Shown here: positions 26,001 through 35,500 of the stretch, in pieces
Position numbering within the stretch: the first letter of the stretch is position 1
Layout: each line of letters opens with the position of its first letter
Source: Balanoglossus misakiensis
Taxonomy: Eukaryota > Animalia > Hemichordata
DNA: 64,000 nucleotides
Reading direction: 5' to 3'
Assembly (NCBI GenBank): GCA_040954595.2
Contig: CM082596.2
Coordinates: 3,899,025 to 3,963,024, forward strand
The notes under the pieces: model-generated
The model's input: only the letters and a program-made list of their open reading frames with translations
The model's database searches: none
Told to the model about the DNA's origin: nothing
Program-made: the position numbers and the translations under genes

Positions 26001-29000
26001 AAAACTGTGTCAAGTGAGCAGCAAGAGTTCCTAACATCCTAACATATGCTTGTTTGAAAAGGCGAATGAGTTCGTCACAGAAACCCAGCTATCTCGTATT
26101 AGTCATTTTAGATGTTTTGAATTCAACTTTCATATTTTATGAGCAAAGCACGAGCATAAGTTTTAGGATTTCTAGTTTCAAAATCAGATGAAACTTGAGT
26201 TATTGGTAACAGCATGAAAGTTAATCGCTATCATTGTTAAGAAATGTGAATTTTGCCAACGTTCTGTTGTTTGTTGTTATAGCCAGTTTTGCGAAATAAC
26301 ATTTTTTCTTGTTTCTGCTTTGCATGCGAATCGCTGCAGACCATGGATACATTTGCAGAGGTAAATGATTATTGGCAATTCTAAATCCCAAGTTTGCGCA
26401 GCAGTCGAAAAAAGCTTTGTCTTTTGGTGTTTCATCGTGCTTTCATGTGCAATATTGTATTGACATGCATTATTGTTTTGAATTATAACATTTGTTAGAA
26501 CTCCAAAATGACATGATACAATTATTGCTGCTCTGTGTGTGTATATATCTTCTTTGGATTGTTGTAATACTTGTATTAAATCATGAAGACCATTGAACAC
26601 TCCAGTTCTTTGATTCATCGTCTTTCTGACATTCTTTCTCACACAGCCTCTTTCTCCAAGTGGTGCAGAACCCAACAAGGCATTTCTCCGAATCATCAAG
26701 GAAACTGAACTCCAGAAAGGTGGAATTCTTGGAGCTGGTGCTTTCGGAACAGTGTATAAGGTTAGAAGAGATTTTCTGAAAACATAATTGGGATCACTAA
26801 ACTTGCATACAAGTCTGTAGAGAAAATAGAGCTGAGTCTGTGATTCAGTTGTCTAAAGGTTGAAATATCACAGTATGCGTGTGTGTTTATCTCCTGCAGG
26901 GTTTATGGGTACCTGAAGGTGACAATGTACGTATTCCTGTTGCAATCAAAGTCATGAGAGAAGGTATTTCAACCAAAGCTAATCAAGAACTACTTGAGGT
27001 AAGATGTATCTCTATTGTTGTCTTTTCAGCCAGGCCACAAAACTGTCATTCTAATATTATAGCTTGAATATTAAGCAACAGGGAAACGTGTTCATTGTTG
27101 AATGTATGTGAATGCTTACTGTATTTTGTTTCCTTGGTTACAGGAAGCTTATGTCATGGCAACTGTGAACCACAAACATTTGGTACGGTTGCTATGCGTG
27201 TGTATGTCACAAAACATGATGTTGATAACACAACTAATGCCATTAGGAGCGCTACTGGACTACATCCGTGAGCACAAAGACAAGGTCAGCTCCCAACATC
27301 TTCTCAATTGGTGTACGCAAATCGCCAGAGGTATGGTGTACTTGGAAGAACACAGATTGGTCCATCGCGATCTGGCGGCCAGGAATGTACTTGTGGAGAG
27401 TCCTACAAAAGTGAAAATTACTGACTTTGGTCTGGCCAAATTCATCGAAATTAATGAAGAAGAATACAAAGCAGAAGGTGGAAAGGTGGGTTAATAATGA
27501 TACAAGGTCATCCCTAGGTCAGAAAGGGTGAATATTGAATATATTGACTCCATTTTTCAGGATATTATTCATAAATATTAATCTACTATGATAATGAGAA
27601 TAAAAACAGAGATTGGCTAAGAGTATGGTTATCAATTCTAAAATGTTGATTTATTTTTGTTTGCAGATGCCAATCAAGTGGCTAGCATTGGAGTGTATAA
27701 CTTACAGGAGATTTACTCATCAAAGTGATGTGTGGAGTTTTGGTGTCACGGTGTGGGAACTCATGACCTTTGGGGGCAGACCGTACGAGGGGATCAAAGC
27801 CCGAGATGTGCCTCACATGCTCGAGATTGGTGAGAGATTGTCGCAGCCTAAAATTTGCACCATTGATGTTTATATGATCATGTTAAAATGTAAGTACTAG
27901 TAGTCAAATTAGCTCTGTTTATCAGTTTGTTATTTCAGGTGTATTAAGCGTGACAATTTAGTGATTTGTTGTCTCCTAATGCATCATAAGACAATGTGAT
28001 CAACCTGTGATTATAGCTGTACTTTAAATAGGAACAAGAGTTTACAACTATGCACAAAGGGTATTAGAATCTCCCAAAATTCAAAATGTCTGACTTTAAT
28101 TATGAAAAAAGATAAGCATCGATTAAAAATATGCTATAAAATATGCTAAAAGTGGCAATTATCGGGGCTTTAATAAACTTGATTAAAAGGACAAAGTCTC
28201 TCTCAAAATTTCAAAATGGCCGCCAAATTTGAGGTTCAAAATGGCCGCCGATATCTGTGCTTAGTCTATGGCATTCAAAATGGCCGCCAAATTTAGTGAC
28301 TTTGAAAATCTCTATGGTAAACATTATGTAGAAATTTTACTCATAGTTCAACCACACACACCTTCCATCCCACTTGTAGACGCGAGAGCAAAATGAATAT
28401 TCGGTGTTTACCATTTATTCATTTTGGCGAGAAAGACTTCCACAAGTGTAGCAAGTCACTATGGAGATTGACAGTTATAATTAATATTTAAAAAACTAGC
28501 AAGATTTTCAACAATGAAGATGACAGCGTAGACCACAAGGATTGGTTAGTTTGATGAGGAACTGTTAATCTTGCACGATTGATTGAGGTTGATATGGTTG
28601 TTACATGCCATGCAATGAAAAATACCAGGAGAGATAACATTGTGTTTAAAACTTTATTTATTTCTAAAGGTTGGATGTTAGACGAGAACAGCAGACCGAC
28701 ATTTACAGAGTTGGTGGATACATTTACGAAAATGGCACGAGACCCACAGCGGTATCTGATGCTTGAGGTATGAATGGAAATATTTTTGGCAAAGTTTGCA
28801 TGACAATTTAGCAAAATGGAGATGGTCTTCATTCTTACCAGAAGTGGTGGCAGTACCTCATCCTGTTTAATGGGCTGTTTAAACCTGTTGAATGATAGAA
28901 AAATAATTTTAATAGAAAACTTGTATTTAGTAAATGTAAGTGCTAAAGCGCGTAGCTCGTCTCACACGCATGTTCCAACTGTAACTGCTGGTTACAGACG

Positions 29001-30527
29001 TTTAGTGAACCTACAATCCCATAAGGCAGTGCTCACACAAGATGGCGGCGCCCATAATCTGTGTCAATCCCATAAGGCAGTGCTCACACAAGATGGCGGC
29101 GCCCATAATCTGTGTCAATCCCATAAGGCAGTGCTCACACAAGATGGCGGCGCCCATAATCTGTGTCAATCCCATAAGGCAGTGCTCACACAAGATGGCG
29201 GCGCCCATAATCTGTGTCAATCCCATAAGGCAGTGCTCACACAAGATGGCGGCGCCCATAATCTGTGTCGGAGATCGGGAAAAGACACTAGCTTGGGTGA
29301 AAAGGAGGGACAAAACCAGAATCTACTTATACGGTGCGCATGAAATATGGAAGGAAGCGAAGGCAGTCCACTATTTGAATGCCTCGAATGGAAAATTTGC
29401 TGGGAAGTTACGCGCATGCGGGTAAGATGAGCTACGCTCTTTAAGCAGTGTTACTCTCCAGATTTATTGTAACATGCATTTTCCAACAGAGTGAATGTAA
29501 AGAGCCTTTGCCAAGCCCATCAAAAGAGGAATTTTACCGCAATCTTATCCCGGATGTGGACGGACCAGAGGTACTGATGGATGCAGACGACTACCTGCAA
29601 CCTGTGTCAACAACTCTGAGTGACAGTGGCAATAGCAATGATGGCGTTCCACATGCATATACATATGTACATGACCCAGGCAGTCCTGTGGTACGTTGAC
29701 TTTATCAGTATGGCAGAGACAAATCCTTTGATGGCCGTGTTTTTTGGTCAATTTTGTTTTTAATACGAAAAGTTGTCTATGCTGTATCATTTCGTGAAAC
29801 ATGATTAAATATTGGGGGGCGAGCATGTCTTTAGTGTTGTTTATGAAAGACAAGATCAATCAACACACATAATACAGTAAACAAGATCAGTCGCACAAAC
29901 ATTAAAGCCCAAGGGAGTGTCCGCTTAATACAGTTAAAAAATTTAAGGGACTGACAGAGTGGCACAGTTAGAAAATTTAAGGGACTTACCGAGTAATACA
30001 GTTAAAAATTTAAGGGACTGACCGAGTAATACAGTTAAAAATTTAAGGGACTGACCGAGTAATACAGTTAAAAATTTAAGGGACTGACCGAGTGGCACAG
30101 TTAAAAAATTTAAGGGACTGACCGACTAACACAGTTAAAAATTTAAGGGACTGACCGAGTAATACAGTTAAAAATTTAAGGGCTTGACCGACTAATACAG
30201 TTAAAATTTTAAGGGGCTGACCGACTAACACAGTTAAAAATTTAAGGGACTGACCGAGTGGCACAGTTAAAGAATTTAAGGGACTGACCGACTAATACAG
30301 TTAAAATTTTAAGGGACTGACCGACTAACACAGTTAAAATTTTAAGGTACTGACCGACTAACACAGTTAAAATTTTAAGGGACTGACCGACTAACACAGT
30401 TAAAACTTTAAGGGACTGACCGACTAACACAGTTAAAATTTTAAGGGGCTGACCGACTAACACAGTTAAAAATTTAAGGGACTTTCATGTATTTACACTT
30501 TTTTTTTCATAGGAAAGCAATGCATAG
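7914..30527 (+). CDS. EGFR: EGFR/ErbB-family receptor tyrosine kinase paralog A; N-terminally truncated (no domain I, only last module of domain II), short C-tail, about 977 aa
   Basis: Exons 7914-8064, 20411-20540, 20759-20923, 22702-22901, 23237-23369, 23545-23620, 23757-23899, 24037-24121, 24342-24422, 24696-24950, 25245-25516, 25791-25920 (TM), 26340-26360, 26647-26760, 26900-26998, 27144-27485, 27667-27889, 28670-28767, 29490-29690, 30513-30527. All introns are GT-AG and the exons total 2934 nt in frame. Encodes the L2 domain ([19 protein letters not shown]), furin-like Cys repeats, a TM helix, the kinase ([34 protein letters not shown]) and DADDYLQP. The last exon is the least certain. 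Confidence 0.88.
8405..8522. mobile_element. Short MITE-like element with terminal inverted repeats
   Basis: CTG-AAAACGGGAAAATTTCG ... CGAAAATTTTCCCGTTTTACAG(TA); about 21 bp imperfect TIRs with internal GCGAAAA subrepeats. Confidence 0.6.
25024..25223. mobile_element. Degenerate MITE-like remnant next to an exon acceptor
   Basis: Internal repeats of TATAGA(C/G)AGGTG(G)CC and a terminal ACAGGTTTGACTG-TA, resembling Tc1/mariner-type CAGTCAAACCTG ends. The left end is decayed. Confidence 0.45.
26340..26360 (+). CDS. 21-nt juxtamembrane microexon of paralog A (TMDTFAE)
   Basis: CTGCAG|ACC ATG GAT ACA TTT GCA GAG|GTAAAT, phase 0-0; homologous to the B microexon PLDTFAE. Confidence 0.8.
28209..28432 (+). 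repeat. Dispersed repeat copy 1 (about 224 bp, three TTCAAAATGGCCGCC motifs)
   Basis: Near-identical direct copy at 31281-31504 (2 mismatches seen). The upstream ATCAACCTGTGATTATAGCTGTACT is also shared (about 27999 and 31233). Confidence 0.9.
28941..29447. mobile_element. MITE-like element with about 32 bp imperfect TIRs enclosing a tandem array
   Basis: Left end TGCTAAAGCGCGTAGCTCGTCTCACACGCATG versus reverse complement of the right end TGCTTAAAGAGCGTAGCTCATCTTACCCGCATG. Confidence 0.6.
29014..29268 (+). repeat. Perfect 51-bp tandem repeat, 5 copies
   Basis: Unit CAATCCCATAAGGCAGTGCTCACACAAGATGGCGGCGCCCATAATCTGTGT, identical copies, no spacers. Confidence 0.97.
29911..30483 (+). repeat. 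33-bp minisatellite, about 17 copies
   Basis: Unit approximately CAGTTAAAAATTTAAGGGACTGACCGA(G/C)TAA(T/C)A; an isolated unit recurs near 31197-31227. Confidence 0.95.
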
Positions 30528-31280
30528 GGTGAGGATGAAACTGCAGTGACTACGATACCAGTTACAGCTCCAGCGCCCTCTAGTGGTATGGTTCCTTCCA
30601 ATTTCAATCCTTGTGCCATCCAGTGGCAGAGTCCATCTGAGGTTGCATCCGCCATGTACCAAACCAAAATGTTTGTGAAGGATTACAGGTCTTGTGACCT
30701 TTGTGTATCATTGAGATTAATAGTCTCCTTTAACCAGATTTATTACCGTTCTGTGTAGTTTTAGAACAATTACAATTATAGTAGAAGGGTTGATTTTATT
30801 GACAATTGTTTGAAAACAATTATTGTACATATGCATTTGCATGCCATAACTGCAATGTATTTTATGAAGTGATGCAGATTGCTTTAGGATCTCTTAAATA
30901 AAAATATGCAAATAGTCATTTTATATAAACCTAGTGTAGTTAACAAGCTTAAGTGTTGTGTACATAAATGCAGAAGATTATAATTTATGTATGATGGTCT
31001 TGGTAGAGTATCATTGTATTCATTAAAATTTGTCAAGTCAGTAATAAAAAGAAAATTAAACACCAGATGCTGCAAGATGCACAAGTGTCTACACTTTTGT
31101 TATTTTGTACAATTCTAGTTTATAATTTGAAGCCAAAGTAGTTGCCATATTTTGCATTATTTTCAAGTGATGGCATCATGGGTATATACAAACATTGACT
31201 AATACAGTTAAAATTTTAAGCGACTGAACATTATCAACCTGTGATTATAGCTGTACTCAAAATTGTCTTAAAATTAAGAC

Positions 31281-31504
31281 TTTCAAAATGGCCGCCAAAT
31301 TTGAGGTTCAAAATGGCCGCCTATATCTGTGCTTAGTCTATGGCATTCAAAATGGCCGCCAAATTTAGTGACTTTGAAAATCTCTATGGTAAACATTATG
31401 TAGAAATTTTACTCATAGTTCAACCACACACACCTTCCATCCCACTTGTAGACGCGAGAGCTAAATGAATATTCGGTGTTTACCATTTATTCATTTTGGC
31501 GAGA
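31281..31504 (+). repeat. Dispersed repeat copy 2
   Basis: Direct copy of 28209-28432. Confidence 0.9.
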
Positions 31505-32312
31505 TTTTTACTCTCATATCCTACAAACGTGATGGTTGAATGTTGATTCACTATATATCCACATGTGCATTAGCATAGACAGTGTAGTGAATCAAACATA
31601 ATAAATGGGAAAAGAAGAGTGAGTGAGAGACTTTGTCCCTTTAAAGGTGGCCATAGTGTGCAATTTTCATATTTTGTTTATCAATTTTTTTGGTTTAATT
31701 TTTTTTTAAATTGTTCTCTCCAGCCTGGTTCCGAATATGTTTATGAAGTGCACTAATTTCAAAGAATTCATTTTCATTCCCAGATCAAGCAACTCTTTAA
31801 AAGCACACAATTCATGGATTGTACATATGACTCCATTCTGATTCCAAAGATTTTTTTGTACGTTATATGAAGTCCTATTCTCCACAATGTTCATCCCTCG
31901 ATTCCAAAGATTATTTTTATTCCTAGATCCAAGCTCATCCAAAAACCCAATTCATGAATTATACACACATTTGTTATTTTCATCAGATAGACAAGTTTGT
32001 TTACTTATTGAAAACTGCCTCCTTACTGCCTTATACCCTACCTAAAAAGAATGAAGGAATATTTTCTTAAATCCAACCAAAGACAATTCAGAGAAGGCAG
32101 ACCGTATTTTGTGAGCTCTGTAATCTATTTTCATGAGACGTGTAAGAAAGATTATTTTAAAGGCTTTTATGTTTTGTACAAGAAGTTATTGAGCTTACTG
32201 TAAATAAATCGGCTTACTTGTAACTTATTTCTGGTGTCAGCTTTTTGATTTATACTCAACTGTGTTAAAGTGATTGCTTTTGAGCATAGAATATTATGGG
32301 GTAATGTTGGGC

Positions 32313-32526
32313 CTAATTTAAATAATTGCCAAGCTAAATTGTCACAAATCAAAAATGGCCGCCATGCTAATTTTCATAATTGCCAAGCTAAATTGTCACA
32401 AATAAAAAATGGCCGCCATGCTAATTTTCATAATTGCCAAGCTAAATTGTCACAAATCAAAAATGGCCGCCATGCTAATTTAAATAATTGCCGAGCTTAA
32501 TTGTCACAAATCAAACATGGCCGCCA
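32313..32526 (+). repeat. 54-bp tandem repeat, about 4 copies
   Basis: Unit TAATTGCCAAGCTAAATTGTCACAAATCAAAAATGGCCGCCATGCTAATTTTCA. Confidence 0.93.
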
Positions 32527-35500
32527 CCACACTTGATGTCCATTTCAATTTATTTCTCGGAGCAAGTCACATGATGGACAAAAGACTTTAGCCAGTAGAT
32601 GTCACTTACATGACCCCTGAGTGACCTTACATCTTAGTATCTTTTTGGTGAGACATTCAATGCTATACACAACATTTACCCTTTAGTAACAGACAAATTC
32701 AATATTTTCTTCAAGGATAAGTTCAAGTGCACAAACTTAAAAGTATGGTGAACTTCTAGAGTTTAAACTCAAAATGATAAACTCATACACACAAAATGCC
32801 AGGATGATAAGGTCACAAAGGGATCACACAAGTTGTCTGTTTGAGAACCAAGAATTCACATGCCTGGGTATTTGCATTCCAAATTCAAAGGAATCAGACC
32901 AATTTAGTTTAAAAGAAGATTATTTTACCAAATGTACCAGTTTAATAATTGCGTATTAGCTAACTGTGTCCTTTGAAAGCCCCATGAGCTGCAACTTTAG
33001 GGATAATTTTAGTGAATTTATTTTAAAACTGAACTAGCAAAAACTGATGTATGTGCAAGTATTATTAACCCCTTAAAATGACCGCATATGAAAGTTTTGA
33101 CCAGATAAATAATTAAGTGGTGCCCCACGGAAATATGGCCACCACCATATGAATATGCAAAATACAATGAAAACAGTGCATTCCCCCTCTTTTAATTTTA
33201 CAAGCAAAACACAATCTATCCACTAGAACACAGGGAACTGATTAAATTGAATTTTCATTTATCACCGCAATATTTCACCTTTTTTAAAAAAGCAGAAAAT
33301 TTCTCTTACTACGACGATTTTGTCACAAACAGTGTTAATTTGATAAAATATCAGAAAATGTAATTTAATAGGTAAAGAATTAAAAGCCTATACAAGATTA
33401 GTGGAGATATTTATTATCAAGCTGCAGCTCACGGGACTTCAAAGCAGAAACTGAAATAGCTCTGATCATTTTAATAGTTTTCACTGGATACCTGACAATT
33501 ATCTTTGAATACTGACTGACCCAGATGAATGATGCTTTTATTGTAATAGCTGAACTGTAAATTCTTATCTATCTCAAAGTTTATTTTGTGCACGAACCAT
33601 TGCACAGTTCTTGAAGATTAAGAATGAGTAAGACACACACTTTCTACGTAACTTTAATTAGCCCCCCCCCCCAAAAAAAATGTAGAGTTTTTAAGCAACT
33701 TTATTCTACCTCCCCTAAAAAGAATAAACAAGACTTGCACACGATAATTGAAGTAACTTTATTATCCCCCCTCCCCCCAAAAAGGCAGAGAAGTCAGAAT
33801 ATTACATCAACTTGACAGTGACACTTTAAGTGAAACTTGAGAGTGGGTGCCTCACCAAGCATGGATGGAGATGTGGCAAAGTGTTAATTGATACCTTTAA
33901 GTTTGTGCAGTGTATACCACATTGTGTCCATCCTTTTAAGATTTAAAACTAATGCACACTTTTGACAATATGAAAGTACAAAGTAAAATCATACATAGAG
34001 CTTTTTATTGATACATAGATTTTTGGTGTAAAAATTTTGTTTGGCCATGAAATTTGCAAGTTACACATGAATTGGATAACTCAAGACTTTTTCCCAGATG
34101 GAGCCTCACTTTTGTGTATTTAAATATTCTTCAAAAGTATACACTGCAAAAACTTAAATGCACCAATTCAAGTGCTTATATGGCCTAGACTAACACCAGC
34201 ATGTTTAGTTTTAACACTGATAGCCAATACAATATATTATTTTATAACACACCTCATTTGTAATCTGTGTCAATTTTGCAATGACATATACAAAGTAGAC
34301 CTGGTCGAAAAGTTTAAATGGCCGATGAAAGCACCATCTACGCATGCGCTAACCAGAAACTAAAATGGCGATGTCGTCTGCAACCGAGACTCACATATGA
34401 GAAATTTTCCTATTTATGATACTTTCGGATGAGGCGTTTATAAAACACATATCGACTGGTTGTATTCGGGAAACATCGTGACTTTGGGACCTCTCGGGCC
34501 TGCGAGTCGCCACAAAACAGTCTGTTTTGGGGCGACTTACAGTCCAAAACAAACGTACACGTGGTTCCGTTACGACACTCAGGTCGGGACACTCGTTAGC
34601 AGTTTTTTCTTGGTTTTTCAGCAATAAAGTAACTAGTCTAGAAACGAACTTCTCATAACAACTACCTGTACATTTGAAGTGGTTTCAAGCCATAGCGTGG
34701 ATAAGAAAGTTCTGAACTTGAAATTTTCCGAAAACAAGAATGACGCTCGTTGAAACGACAGCTCACATCTTCACAAGTTTTTCTGGGCTGACTTCGGAGA
34801 CGCGTAGACGGTTCACGCACAAGTTTATCTTACCTATGTATTATGTGCTGACGTCTTCAGAGGATAGTAGGTCCAACTCCGAAAGTGGAAGGCAAGATAG
34901 TGGGGTTTCCATCGCCAAGCCAAGAGCAGACATGAAAAGAATGAAACAAGATGTACACACAAAATGGCAGCCACGCCTCCTCGACCTCATCTCACCTCAT
35001 TTGCCCCGGAAGAGTTCAATAAAAGAACCCCAAATAACGGGACCCCGTTATTTATGCAAATTTGGCAGACTAGCGAATAGGAATGCACCATTGAGATGAT
35101 TTGAATACATAAATATGCATATATATATGTATGTTAATTGAAAGCCTTTGCGAGAGCTGTTGACGTCTTGCAGAAAATTTAAATATCCCGGGAACATGTA
35201 CACTTCAGCAAGCCCGCCCTCAGGGGCCATGTGCGGGTATTGACAGACCCTGGGAAGGTTCCAGCACACTTGTTTGTGAAAAGTGAACTTACAAGGGAAC
35301 TGTAAACAAACACAACTTCATGTCTAACATTGATAAAAATTTATTAATTTTTCTTAAAATTAAAAATACTGTTACTGTACAAAGTTCGACTATAAAGGTA
35401 AGACATACTGTGATTATGAGATGAACCATCCTCTCTTGTAAAACTTAGTCAAATAAGGAAGTTCAAATATGGAAGAAATATACATGGTAACCAATAGCAA

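Noticed and set aside
29014-29268. CRISPR-like array
   Set aside because: Units are identical head to tail with no unique spacers, there are no cas genes, and the context is a eukaryotic intron.
28816-29425. Repetitive ORFs of 100-175 aa (also 30076-30463 and 32270-32500)
   Set aside because: By-products of tandem units whose lengths are multiples of 3 (51, 33, 54 bp); they are intronic or intergenic with no splice context.
7914-30527. Paralog A as a pseudogene or a mis-assembled allele of B
   Set aside because: No frameshift or stop across 20 exons, all splice sites intact, synonymous divergence with conserved Cys and kinase motifs, and unalignable introns except one tract.
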